From a virus: 64,000 bases of DNA. A program made the translations under genes and the position numbers. The number at the start of each line of letters is the position of its first letter. Positions within the stretch are counted from its first letter, which is position 1. This document shows, piece by piece, positions 48,010 through 58,437 of the stretch. The stretch is from positions 20,466-84,465 of the IMG/VR virus record IMGVR_UViG_3300017956_000007; one strand, given 5' to 3'. The notes under the pieces are model-generated. The model saw only the letters and a list, made by a program, of their open reading frames with translations. It was not told the DNA's origin and did not search any database.

Positions 48010-49440
48010 ATGCTTTTTATTATATTATTGGGTACATTATATGGTTTTATATTTGGTTTAATTCCAGTAGCAGGAGCGACAACTGCCCTCATAACAGTTT
48101 TTTCTTTTTATCAATATTTTCAATACGAACCCTACCTTTTAGTTGCATTCACAACCTCTATTGTGGTTTCATCTTCTATAGGTGATAGTTTTTCAAGTAT
48201 TATGTTGAACATACCTGGTGCCGGAGGAAGTGCAGCAACAATGATTGATGGTTTTCCTATGGCACAAAGAAATGAAGGAGCAAGAGCATTAGGTGCAGCA
48301 ATATGTGTTTCAACAGTTAACGGTTTACTCTGGGGCATCATCGTTTTTCTTTTTTTACCACATTATACTGGATTTGTGTTAAATTTTGGTATACCTGAAA
48401 TGTTTGTATTTCTTATTCTAGCATTTTTTTCTGTCATTTTTATAAATAACCAACATTATTTTCGTGGATTTTTAGCACTCATCATTGGCATATTTTTAGG
48501 AATGATTGGTCAAAATCCAATCACAGGAGATGAAAGATTTACTCTTGATATTCAATACCTAGGTGATGGTATTCAACTTGTCCCTATCATGGCAGGAATT
48601 TTAGCATTTCCTGAATTGCTTCATGCATATCTAAATGATAAAAATAAATCATCAGATATTTTTGACATCAAAAAACAAATAGTACAAGGTTTTAAAGACA
48701 GCTGGATATACAAATGGGATGGACTTCGAGGAGGATTTATCGGTGCTGTTATCGGTGCTATACCTGGAATTGGAGGAAATGTTGCCGATTGGTTGGCATA
48801 TGGACAAACGATTGCCTTGAATAAAAAAGAAACATTTGGAAACGGAAATGTAAGAGGCGTAGTAGGGTGTGAAGGAGCAAATAATGCACAAAAAGCGACC
48901 AGTTATATTCCTACAATACTGTTTGGAATTCCGGGTGCACCATTTGAAATTATCATAATTAGTTTGTTTATGCTTGTAGGTTTAGAACTAGGTTCGCCTG
49001 ATCTATTACTTGACATAACTTTTTTTAACTATATGACAGAAAGTTATATATTGAGTTTAATTTTAACATTTTTTATTGCTGTCATTTTTGTAAGATATGC
49101 AGTAAACATTGTTAAAATACCTTTCAAATATTTCTTCTGGTTCATTATGTTGTTATTGATTTGGGTGTCTATACAATATACAAAAGGTATTGAAGATTAT
49201 CTAATATTCGGTTTCTTTTGTATATTCGGTCTAATACTAAAACGATTTCATTTCAATCGTGCCGCACTTATACTCGGATTTATTTTAGCGGAAAGATTAG
49301 AAAGTTTGTATATTCAATTCAATGCTCTATATTCTTATGATATTTTATTACAAAGACCAATTAGTTTAGGAATCTTATCTCTGACATTTATATTGGTAGG
49401 TATTGGTTTAACAACAAAAACAAGGATTAAATACTCATGA
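48010..49440 (+). CDS. tctA: Tripartite tricarboxylate transporter permease TctA
   Basis: Highly hydrophobic; LNIPG...AATM.DGFPMA..G....ALG; G..IGAIPGIGG; GV...EGANNA..IPT.LFGIPG; LILGFILA..LE. Confidence 0.93.
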   Translation: MLFIILLGTLYGFIFGLIPVAGATTALITVFSFYQYFQYEPYLLVAFTTSIVVSSSIGDSFSSIMLNIPGAGGSAATMIDGFPMAQRNEGARALGAAICVSTVNGLLWGIIVFLFLPHYTGFVLNFGIPEMFVFLILAFFSVIFINNQHYFRGFLALIIGIFLGMIGQNPITGDERFTLDIQYLGDGIQLVPIMAGILAFPELLHAYLNDKNKSSDIFDIKKQIVQGFKDSWIYKWDGLRGGFIGAVIGAIPGIGGNVADWLAYGQTIALNKKETFGNGNVRGVVGCEGANNAQKATSYIPTILFGIPGAPFEIIIISLFMLVGLELGSPDLLLDITFFNYMTESYILSLILTFFIAVIFVRYAVNIVKIPFKYFFWFIMLLLIWVSIQYTKGIEDYLIFGFFCIFGLILKRFHFNRAALILGFILAERLESLYIQFNALYSYDILLQRPISLGILSLTFILVGIGLTTKTRIKYS

Positions 49441-50456
49441 AAAAAATTATTTTATTTATAACATTAATGTTGATTGCAACTGCAACTTTTGCCGATTACA
49501 CATTTATTGTACCTCAAAAACCAGGAGGAGGTACTGATCTTTGGGCAAGAACAATTGCACAAGAATTGGAAAAGAAATTGGGTGAAAAAATTAAAATTAA
49601 TAACTTACCTGGAATTAATGATGTTCCAGGGTTTAATAAATTTCACAATGAATTGCAGTATGATGATAAAAATGTCATGGTTGCGCATGGAGGTAATGCG
49701 GAAAGTTTTTTAGTTCAAAATGTTGATTATGATTATTTTGATTATGAACCCATAGCACTGCAAAATCTTACCATTATGGTAGGTAAAAGAAATGATCATA
49801 ATCATCTTGAAAATGTAAAATTTGCCGCAGGTTCTGGAATGAACCCAGATGCAATGGCAATTACAATGTTAATATGTGGACCGAAAAATTCATTATTAGA
49901 ATATAAACAGTGCTTTGATCAAAAATTTATTTATGTAAAAGGAATGTCGGGCGGAGAACGAAGATTAGCATATATGCGAGGAGAATTAAACGTAACTAGA
50001 GAAAATCCTCTTGCATATAAAAAACATGCAGAAAAAATTAAAGAAAATGTCAACTGGTTTTCTCATGGTGTAATGAATATAGATACGCTAGAAATTATCA
50101 ATGATGCAAATTTTCCAAATTTATCTTTTGTTGAGGTATATAAAAATTTATGGAAAGAAGAACCGAAAGGAGATTTTTATCATGCCTATATATTATCTAA
50201 AAGTTATAGAGATGTATTGCAAAAAAGTTTATGGGTAAGAAAAGATAATTCAAATGTGAATAAATTAATCACAGCTTTCAATGATATGATAAATGACGAT
50301 GAGGCAATGAATAGAATATATGAAAAAACAGGTAAATACGATTTCATTGTCGGTAAAAAAATTGAACCACTTTTAGTTTCTTTACAAACATTGAAAGATG
50401 AAAATAATTTGATGAATTTGAAATGGATTATAAAAAATATGTTACACGTTAATTAA
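49437..50456 (+). CDS. tctC: TctC/Bug-like periplasmic substrate-binding protein
   Basis: Signal peptide MKKIILFITLMLIATATFA; IVP.KPGGGTDLWAR.IA..LEK.LG; G..GGE..LA..RGE; ATGA overlap with tctA. Confidence 0.8.
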   Translation: MKKIILFITLMLIATATFADYTFIVPQKPGGGTDLWARTIAQELEKKLGEKIKINNLPGINDVPGFNKFHNELQYDDKNVMVAHGGNAESFLVQNVDYDYFDYEPIALQNLTIMVGKRNDHNHLENVKFAAGSGMNPDAMAITMLICGPKNSLLEYKQCFDQKFIYVKGMSGGERRLAYMRGELNVTRENPLAYKKHAEKIKENVNWFSHGVMNIDTLEIINDANFPNLSFVEVYKNLWKEEPKGDFYHAYILSKSYRDVLQKSLWVRKDNSNVNKLITAFNDMINDDEAMNRIYEKTGKYDFIVGKKIEPLLVSLQTLKDENNLMNLKWIIKNMLHVN

Positions 50457-51635
50457 TTCAATAATTCTAGGATCAAGATAGTTTATGTAAGATTGATTAC
50501 GTACAATATCTAAACAATAAATTTCATCTTTTAATAACTTTAAATTTTCTTGATTATTTTTTATAGAATTGTCTATTAATGATATAACTTTTTTATTTTT
50601 AGTTTTATCTTTAGCAATATTTAATACAGATACTGGTAGTCTTCTGATGTTTATACCTCTATTGAAAGGATAAACATCAGAAAAATTAATATTATAGTTT
50701 ATATTTTTACTTTTAAAAATAATTTTTACCCACTCCTCAAATTCAGATATATTAAAAATATTTAAACTACTTAAAACTAAATTTACATCAATAATATCAA
50801 TGTTTTTTGATTTTGATAAAAAATTTAACACACTTTTTTCTAAAGATAAAAAATTATGAAATCTTATATATTCATAAACAAGATCAACGCCATCGATACT
50901 GAACGTATGTGAAACGGATTTGAATTGGTTGTTTATTTCAACAATTTCATCTGTAAACAAAGTTGCATTGGTATGAAATTGTAAAATTGTATTTTTTGAC
51001 GTTCCATCTTCAATAAATTTTTTCAGTAAAAATAAAACTTTTTTATCATAAAAAGGTTCTCCTCCAGAACAACTTAAAATAGAAATTTTATCAGTATTAT
51101 TTAACATCCATTCGAATTGTTTTGAATTAATATTTTGATTATTAACTACTTTTTTACTGTAATCACCAAAAATAGATTTTTGGTATTTTTCCTTCAAGTT
51201 TAACTCAGACAACTTTTTTTCATCTATCATTAAAGAATGCGAACAGTCAGGAAAACACATTCTACATCTTAAATTGCATAAATTGCTGGTTGTAAAATCA
51301 ATTTGAATAAGTTTTTTTTCTTCAGAGTCATGTTTATTAAAAGAATCTAATCTAAATGATCTCAATCCACCTTTTTCCATGTCCCAGCACACTTTACAGT
51401 TATGATTTTTAATACCATTAATTAAATCATATCTTAATTTATCAAAACTATCACTATTAAAAATTTCATCAGGATTTTTTTCTGATATATTCGGTATCAT
51501 CAAATTTTTACCAGTTGCAGCAGACATTTGACAACAAGGATTACTAACTCTAAGATTACCGTAAGAATCCCATTTTTTTAAAGTAATTTGTTTGAAAGGA
51601 AAATGGCAATAGGTATTTTCTCTATCTGGTTTCAT
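50442..51635 (-). CDS. Radical SAM protein with N-terminal twitch-like domain (group A)
   Basis: YCHFPF..PCC..CKVCW; CNLRCRMC; SGGEPFYD; FHTN; HTFSIDGVD..YIR; close paralogue of 45099-46412. Confidence 0.92.
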   Translation of the reverse strand: MKPDRENTYCHFPFKQITLKKWDSYGNLRVSNPCCQMSAATGKNLMIPNISEKNPDEIFNSDSFDKLRYDLINGIKNHNCKVCWDMEKGGLRSFRLDSFNKHDSEEKKLIQIDFTTSNLCNLRCRMCFPDCSHSLMIDEKKLSELNLKEKYQKSIFGDYSKKVVNNQNINSKQFEWMLNNTDKISILSCSGGEPFYDKKVLFLLKKFIEDGTSKNTILQFHTNATLFTDEIVEINNQFKSVSHTFSIDGVDLVYEYIRFHNFLSLEKSVLNFLSKSKNIDIIDVNLVLSSLNIFNISEFEEWVKIIFKSKNINYNINFSDVYPFNRGINIRRLPVSVLNIAKDKTKNKKVISLIDNSIKNNQENLKLLKDEIYCLDIVRNQSYINYLDPRIIELINV

Positions 51636-52921
51636 TGAATCCTTATTAATTCATCATCCTCTATTTGATAATTTTTAAAATAATCATTAAAATTCTGGTC
51701 CCATATTTGATCTGATTTCTTACGATAAATCAACCATCTATTAAATTGTTTATATTCTGAAGACGTATTTAAAACATATTTTTTTATATAATCAAACCAA
51801 TGTAATGAACTGTATTTAGAAAATTTATTAACTAATTTCTCAGTATTTTCTAGATCCTTGATTACATGCTCTTTAAAGTCAAACATCAATAATGATGGAT
51901 CTAAATATCTAGGAGTTTGAACGATTGACGCATCAAAATTACAATCTAACTCTATAAAGGATTCAAAAACATCATAAATATCTAACATCTGATATATAGA
52001 TGTTGTGCAAGAAATGTCTATTCCAGTAAAATTATTATATCTTTTAAAATCATTAATATTTTTTTGTAATTTTTCCCAAGTTCCTCCATGTCTAAAATAA
52101 GAATAAAATGTTTTTCCCGCATCAACAGAAATAATGATGGATGATTGACCGAAAGGTTCTAATAAATCACTTAATTTTATAATATCAAAATCAGCATTAA
52201 AATTTGTATGAAATGATATTAAAATATTTTTTGCATTAGGATGATCAGCTAACTTTTTTAGAGTTGGAAAAAATTGTTTTTGATACAACACCTCACCGCC
52301 AGCAAAATCAACATATTGTAAATATGGAAAATTTTCATTTAAATCCTCAACAATTTCTAATGATTGTTTTGTTGTTAATGACATTTCATTAGTATCGTTA
52401 GGACCATGTCTATGTTCTGTTCCTAACAATTGTCTTAAATCATACAATATAGTTTCATGATCCGGTATAAAATTTTTTAATTTTTTAGTCCATCCCGAAG
52501 AATAAACTTTTGAACAATGTAAGCAAGCAAAATTACATGCAGTGCTAAATCTAAACTCTACATGTCTCAAGCCATTATTATTAACTGTATGATCAATAGT
52601 ATTATAGCAATCTAACAATTTTATTTTGGTTTCAGGTGTTCCATCTATATCGTGTTTTCTAAAAACATTATTTGTATCTAACACATAATCTTTTCTCATG
52701 GAATTTAAATTATTTTTTTCCATATCTTCGCATGTATTACAACCCTTAGGCCAAACATCATTATTTAATTTTTTTCTTAACTGCAAAAAATTTTTATGAT
52801 TATAAATTTTTGATGGCAGTATTGTTTCATTGGCATACACTAATTGATCAGCTTGTCTAGGACAAGTAGTGATTACTCCATTTTTATAATTTATTCCACC
52901 CAAAGCATAATAACATTTCAT
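51632..52921 (-). CDS. Radical SAM protein with N-terminal twitch-like domain (group B)
   Basis: CYYALGG.NYKN..ITTCPRQ..WP.GC.TC; EFRFS..CNFACLHC; FAGGE; SFHTNFN. Confidence 0.92.
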   Translation of the reverse strand: MKCYYALGGINYKNGVITTCPRQADQLVYANETILPSKIYNHKNFLQLRKKLNNDVWPKGCNTCEDMEKNNLNSMRKDYVLDTNNVFRKHDIDGTPETKIKLLDCYNTIDHTVNNNGLRHVEFRFSTACNFACLHCSKVYSSGWTKKLKNFIPDHETILYDLRQLLGTEHRHGPNDTNEMSLTTKQSLEIVEDLNENFPYLQYVDFAGGEVLYQKQFFPTLKKLADHPNAKNILISFHTNFNADFDIIKLSDLLEPFGQSSIIISVDAGKTFYSYFRHGGTWEKLQKNINDFKRYNNFTGIDISCTTSIYQMLDIYDVFESFIELDCNFDASIVQTPRYLDPSLLMFDFKEHVIKDLENTEKLVNKFSKYSSLHWFDYIKKYVLNTSSEYKQFNRWLIYRKKSDQIWDQNFNDYFKNYQIEDDELIRIQ

Positions 52922-53868
52922 TTGTTTCTACTATCCATAAAAATATCATAGTTTTTTTGCGCACAAGTTTTATAACATTTTTGTACAGGATTTTTTGTTT
53001 TCCAAGATTTAATTACATTTGAAAATACATCTCCCTCTAAAACTTCGTCAACTGTGTTATATTTTAAATTCGTTGATAACATACTTCCACTTTCTTTATA
53101 TAAATGTCCATAATTAGTTTTTATTTTATTAGAAGCATTGTACTCTAATGTTTCCGCATTCAAATGACAACAAGGAATCAAATCTCCCATATGATTTAAA
53201 AATAATCTTTTATTTTTCCAATACTTACATTCAATTATGTCATCACCTATGCGTTCTTTCTTTTTTTCGCCACTGGTTTTTCTGTGAGAATATATTACTC
53301 TAAATTTTGAAAAACCCTCATTCAGAGAAAAGTCTTTTGCTCTTTCCAGTTGATGCTCATTCCAATCAAAAACTATAAATTGCCATATAGCATTACCTCC
53401 GCTATCAATAAAAGATCTATAATTTTCTCGAACTTTTTCATATTTACTGCCGATTCGATATTTTTCACTTAATCCATCAAGACCATCAATACCGAAAAAA
53501 ACAGCATGATCTTTGCCTTTCAATAATTCTCCAAACTTTGCCCAAAAATGTTTTGTTCTCGTAGATCCATTTGTAGATATACTGATATGTACGTTCCAAT
53601 TAAAAAAATATTTCAGTATTTTAAAAAGTTCAGGATGTGTTGTAGGTTCATCTATGGTTCCACAAAAATTAATAGTTTTAATATTTGGAAAATTTTCATT
53701 TTTTAACCAGTCTTTTATATTTTGAAAACTTATAGTTTTATCATTTTTTAAGGAATCTATATGATTAGATTGCTGTCTTAAACAACCAGAACAAAATATG
53801 TTACAATAAGATGTTAGTTCTATATCTAACCATTCTACATTTTCACTTTTCCACATTCTTTTTAACAT
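52918..53868 (-). CDS. Radical SAM protein with C-terminal SPASM/twitch motif (group C)
   Basis: IELTSYCNIFCSGC.R; CG...EP; STNG; GIDG; WQFIVF.WNEHQ; PCCHL..CYKTC. Confidence 0.92.
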   Translation of the reverse strand: MLKRMWKSENVEWLDIELTSYCNIFCSGCLRQQSNHIDSLKNDKTISFQNIKDWLKNENFPNIKTINFCGTIDEPTTHPELFKILKYFFNWNVHISISTNGSTRTKHFWAKFGELLKGKDHAVFFGIDGLDGLSEKYRIGSKYEKVRENYRSFIDSGGNAIWQFIVFDWNEHQLERAKDFSLNEGFSKFRVIYSHRKTSGEKKKERIGDDIIECKYWKNKRLFLNHMGDLIPCCHLNAETLEYNASNKIKTNYGHLYKESGSMLSTNLKYNTVDEVLEGDVFSNVIKSWKTKNPVQKCYKTCAQKNYDIFMDSRNK

Positions 53869-54961
53869 CTTTTATAATAATTTTAGAAATTTCAGGAATT
53901 TCAGTTACAGTGTTTAAAAAATTATAATACTTCAAAAAATTTAAATTCACTTCATTATTCTGTTTAGCATCACCTAAAAAATTTTCAACTAAGTTATTAA
54001 AAAAACCATTTTTTACATAATCTAAAATAATTTTTTTTGTTGATTTCGGTAAATATTTAATATTCAAATATTCCGGTGAGTCCAAAAAATCATACGACAA
54101 AAAACAATCTGTATCAAAAAATTTTCTCAACCATTTATATGTATCATTGATAGACAATATGTTAAAATTATGTATGACCAAATGCGGTATTACTTTTAAT
54201 TTTGGAACATTTTCTGAAATATTTAACCACCTTTTAAAATTTTTTTCGAATTTACTGAATTTAATACCATATCTGACAAATTCTCCGACATCATCAATAC
54301 CATCGATACTTATGTTAATCTTTATTTTTTTAAATTTAAGTATAGAATCTAAAAATTCTTTTTTTGGAAAAAAAGTTGCATTCGTTACTAAAAATAAAGT
54401 TATATTATTTGCAGACAGTTTTTCAAAAAAATTAACATACTCAGGATACATAAATGGTTCGCCACCTAAAATTTTTAATTCTTTCAATTCTGAAAAATCA
54501 TAATCTAAAAAATTATCATCTATTGAAACTGATGGTTTTTTATGAATTTTTCTAGGAATTAAATTATTTAAAATTTTATCAGTTTTTTCCCAAGCACTGC
54601 TATAATAACCATTGCATGTAACACACCTTAAATTACATTTATTTCCCAATGCTAATTCTAATTCTTTAATTTTAGGTTCAACTATATTTTTTTCAGAATA
54701 ATATCTTTTATTAAAACGCAAACGATAACTTTCTTTACCTATTGATTCATCAATATAACATTTGTTGCATTCTAATATTTTTTCTCCGTCTAACATTTTT
54801 TGACGCAAATTTTTATTTTCATCACTATCAAAAATATCAGTAATAGATTTATATTCTTTATCATATATTGTAGGATAAAACATACAACATGGCCGCACTC
54901 TACTCTGGGCATCTATAGCTAAATGTGTAAAGGGTGCCATGCAAAAATACTTACCAACCAT
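53843..54961 (-). CDS. Radical SAM protein with N-terminal twitch-like domain (group A)
   Basis: FCMAPF..RPCC..CNKC; CNLRCVTC; LGGEPF; TNAT; SIDG..VR. Confidence 0.92.
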   Translation of the reverse strand: MVGKYFCMAPFTHLAIDAQSRVRPCCMFYPTIYDKEYKSITDIFDSDENKNLRQKMLDGEKILECNKCYIDESIGKESYRLRFNKRYYSEKNIVEPKIKELELALGNKCNLRCVTCNGYYSSAWEKTDKILNNLIPRKIHKKPSVSIDDNFLDYDFSELKELKILGGEPFMYPEYVNFFEKLSANNITLFLVTNATFFPKKEFLDSILKFKKIKINISIDGIDDVGEFVRYGIKFSKFEKNFKRWLNISENVPKLKVIPHLVIHNFNILSINDTYKWLRKFFDTDCFLSYDFLDSPEYLNIKYLPKSTKKIILDYVKNGFFNNLVENFLGDAKQNNEVNLNFLKYYNFLNTVTEIPEISKIIIKDVKKNVEK

Positions 54962-56159
54962 GTATTTCCTTTAAATTTTGATAAATATACAAACATTCTT
55001 CCGGAGGATATTTTGTGTGTTCTAACAAATAATCAGTATATTTAACAAATTTAAGACAATATTCTTCATCATATGAATCCATTGTTAATAAATGGTGAGT
55101 AAAATCTTCATGCCCCTTATTGAAAAAAATCATTTTTTCCAAAATCATATCCTTTAACATAAACGGTAATTTAGATGGACATATCGTATTAGTGTTTGAA
55201 TTATTATAAGATAATATGTACTGATATTCATTCAATCCTAAATTTTCAATAAATTCTAAAGTATTGTAAATATTAAATATATTATAATTATGAACACAAA
55301 TATTGATAATCAATCCGGATCTGTTCATATTTTCATAAAAAAAATCTTCTTTATCTTTCAATAACTCAATCCATCTATTTAAATTTTTACGAATTATTCT
55401 CATCTTCATACCATATCTACACCACTCACCAACTTGATCAACGCCATCTAAACTAAACATAATTAAAACTTTTTTTAATTTTTTTATTAATTTTTCACCC
55501 GATTCATTTATAAATCTTGATCCGTTAGTAATCATGCCAAAACCAAAATCATCATCTACCGTTTTTAATATTTTTTCAAAAAATTCATTGTCAAATTTTT
55601 TTTGAATTGTCGGTTCTCCTCCAGATAATATTAAATGCTTTAAGGTTGGTAAATATTTTTCAATTTCAAATGACGTAGGTTTTTTCAATGAATTTGTAAA
55701 AGATCTATTTCCCAAATTATTTAATCTGAATCCTGTAGGTCCAATGGAATCGCCAATTCTATTTACCCATGCTGAACTTGCCCTTGGTGTGCATGTTATG
55801 CACATATAGTTACAAGTATTGTCAATCGATAATTCTAAATCCGTAATATATGCCTCAGGAATTATATTATTTTTTATGTAATAATCCGCATTATACTCAT
55901 TATTATAGTGCATTCTTTGAGATCTAAAACGTTTATGACCAGGAGATTTCTCATGCATATGACATATTTTACAACCTTCCAATTTTTCACCATTTATCAT
56001 TTGTTGTCTATGTAAATCCATCTCCTCTCCATAAAATGCTTCTCTTATATCAACGTGAGATTTTTTCAAATCGGTATAATGACAACAAGTTCTGAGTCTA
56101 CCATTTGGATTTTCAAGCATTTTTCTGAAAGGTGCCATGCAAAAATATTTCTCATTCAT
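54951..56159 (-). CDS. Radical SAM protein with N-terminal twitch-like domain (group A)
   Basis: FCMAPF..RTCC..CKIC; CNYMCITC; SGGEPT; TNG; SLDG..R. Confidence 0.92.
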   Translation of the reverse strand: MNEKYFCMAPFRKMLENPNGRLRTCCHYTDLKKSHVDIREAFYGEEMDLHRQQMINGEKLEGCKICHMHEKSPGHKRFRSQRMHYNNEYNADYYIKNNIIPEAYITDLELSIDNTCNYMCITCTPRASSAWVNRIGDSIGPTGFRLNNLGNRSFTNSLKKPTSFEIEKYLPTLKHLILSGGEPTIQKKFDNEFFEKILKTVDDDFGFGMITNGSRFINESGEKLIKKLKKVLIMFSLDGVDQVGEWCRYGMKMRIIRKNLNRWIELLKDKEDFFYENMNRSGLIINICVHNYNIFNIYNTLEFIENLGLNEYQYILSYNNSNTNTICPSKLPFMLKDMILEKMIFFNKGHEDFTHHLLTMDSYDEEYCLKFVKYTDYLLEHTKYPPEECLYIYQNLKEIHGW

Positions 56160-57457
56160 TTTCTAAACAATTCCTTATCATGAAAATAAAATTTCGAAAA
56201 ATAATCATTAAAATTTTGATCTAAAATATGATCCATTCTATCTCTATAATATAAAAATTTATTAAAATATCTATGATTCATTTTATTATTGCAAAGATAA
56301 TTTTTTATATTTTTTAAATTGAATAAAAAATTATTTTTCATTTTTTTATTTTTATGATTAAGAATCATTCTCTCAGTAGAATCAAAATCGGACATTATTT
56401 CTTTACCATATTCATGCATTATTAAAGATGGATCTAAATATAATGGACTTTGAACAATAGAACTTTCCATTCTCAAATCAATGTCCAAAAATGATTCAAA
56501 TATATTTTCAATATCTAAAATTTGAAATATAGAGGTTGTACAAGTTATATATTTTTTTGTATTGAAATTAATTTTTTTAAATTTTTTAATATTTTTTAGT
56601 AATTTATTCCAATCACCACCTTTTCTAAAATATTCATAAATATTTTTACCTCCATCTATAGAAATAACTATTGAGCTGGCATAATATGATTTTAATAATT
56701 CATTTAAATACTCAACATCAAAATCAACATTAAAATTAGTATGAAATGATATATAAATTTTATGTGCGTTTGGGTGTTTTCTCAATTTTTCTAATGCGTA
56801 CCAAAATTTTTTTTGATATAGAAGTTCTCCTCCACTAAAATCAATTCTTTCCAATTTTTTAAAATTTTTGCACAAGTCATCAATAATTGAATCTATCTGA
56901 TCGTATGTCATTTCTATTTTTAGATTATCATTATCATTTTTTCTATGTTCTTTACCAGTCAACTGTGTAATTTCCAATAAATGATCAAATTCATTGTATT
57001 CTAAATTATTCACTAAACGAGACCATTTGCTAGAAAATACATCACTACAATGTAAACAACTAAAATTACAAGAATTACTAAATCTAAATTCAATTGTTCT
57101 TAACCCATTATTATCCATTAAGTAGTTTTCATCCAAACAACTTAGTATACTCTGATTATCAAATTCGGATAACTGGCACAATTCTTGTCTATCGTTGAAA
57201 AATAATCCGTCAATAATTTTGAAATCATTTCTCATAGATTTTAAATTATTTTCTTCCATTTTTTGACATGTATCGCATCCTTGCGGCCATACATCATTAG
57301 ATAATAATTTTCTCACATTTATAAAATTTTCATTATTATAAACTTCAGAAGGCAATATTGATTTGGAAAATTCACTTAGAGAATCAGATTGTCTTGGACA
57401 TGTAGTTATTTTTGAATTTTTATAATTCAATCCAGATAATGCATAGTAACAAAACAT
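56156..57457 (-). CDS. Radical SAM protein with N-terminal twitch-like domain (group B)
   Basis: CYYALSG.NYKN..ITTCPRQ..WP.GC.TC; EFRFS..CNFSCLHC; FSGGE; SFHTNFN; close paralogue of 51632-52921. Confidence 0.92.
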   Translation of the reverse strand: MFCYYALSGLNYKNSKITTCPRQSDSLSEFSKSILPSEVYNNENFINVRKLLSNDVWPQGCDTCQKMEENNLKSMRNDFKIIDGLFFNDRQELCQLSEFDNQSILSCLDENYLMDNNGLRTIEFRFSNSCNFSCLHCSDVFSSKWSRLVNNLEYNEFDHLLEITQLTGKEHRKNDNDNLKIEMTYDQIDSIIDDLCKNFKKLERIDFSGGELLYQKKFWYALEKLRKHPNAHKIYISFHTNFNVDFDVEYLNELLKSYYASSIVISIDGGKNIYEYFRKGGDWNKLLKNIKKFKKINFNTKKYITCTTSIFQILDIENIFESFLDIDLRMESSIVQSPLYLDPSLIMHEYGKEIMSDFDSTERMILNHKNKKMKNNFLFNLKNIKNYLCNNKMNHRYFNKFLYYRDRMDHILDQNFNDYFSKFYFHDKELFRK

Positions 57458-58437
57458 TAAAATTCCATATTTTTTATTACACTACGTTTTCCTTTATCAC
57501 CACAAGTTAAATAACATCTAGGAATATGTAATTCATGATTTTTTTTCCAACTTTCTTCTAGTATTCTAGAGTACCAACTAGATTCAACAATATCTGTTAA
57601 TTTGTTTACATATAAATTATTAAAATCTTTTCCCATTTTCATTAAAACTTTTCTAATCTGTTCAGCTTCTTTCGACACTATTTCATCATATAGATGACAA
57701 CATGGCCAAACTCTACCATCAACTCCTATGTAAATTTCATTGTCTGTTTTATGTCTACATAAAATATTAGGATTCTCATAATTTAAAGTATATGCTTTAT
57801 GTTCAATTACCTCATAATTTAAATCCATTTTAGATTGTTGTGATTTAAATTTTGCCGTTCCAAGAGTGTTTCTCCAACTTTTTCTAGTTGCAAATTTCAT
57901 ATTATTTTTTTTGGCAATATTCCTAGCATCTTCAATTTCATGCTCATTATAATCAAATATTATAAATTGCCAAACAGACTTTCCTCCAGTTGAATGATAA
58001 CTATTAACATTTTCCCAAACTTTTTCTAATGAAACATTTTCCCTATAAAAATTGGTTTTTACCCCGTCTATTGCCCAATGAATGTAAAATCTATCTTTCG
58101 AATTTTTAGACATTTGACCTAAACTCTGCCAAAAATTACCACTTCTCGTTCCTCCGTTTGTAGACATTTCAATAGTTTTTACATTTTTTTCATATAAAAA
58201 ATAAAAAATTATATCTTCCAAATCTAAATTTGTGATTGGATCACCCAGAACACCACATAATTTTAAATTCACATCTTTTAAATTAATATCATTAAACCAT
58301 CTATGTATGTCAGCAAAATCTAAATATTTTTTCAAATATTTTTCCTGTCTTTCATCAAGCATTGTTCTCATGCAACCAGAACATTTTGCATTGCAGAGAG
58401 TTGATACTTCTATTTCAATTTTTTTTATTTCAAACAT
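57457..58437 (-). CDS. Radical SAM protein with C-terminal SPASM/twitch motif (group C)
   Basis: IEVSTLCNAKCSGC.R; CG..GDP; STNG; AIDG; WQFIIF.YNEHE; PCCHL..CYLTC. Confidence 0.92.
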   Translation of the reverse strand: MFEIKKIEIEVSTLCNAKCSGCMRTMLDERQEKYLKKYLDFADIHRWFNDINLKDVNLKLCGVLGDPITNLDLEDIIFYFLYEKNVKTIEMSTNGGTRSGNFWQSLGQMSKNSKDRFYIHWAIDGVKTNFYRENVSLEKVWENVNSYHSTGGKSVWQFIIFDYNEHEIEDARNIAKKNNMKFATRKSWRNTLGTAKFKSQQSKMDLNYEVIEHKAYTLNYENPNILCRHKTDNEIYIGVDGRVWPCCHLYDEIVSKEAEQIRKVLMKMGKDFNNLYVNKLTDIVESSWYSRILEESWKKNHELHIPRCYLTCGDKGKRSVIKNMEF

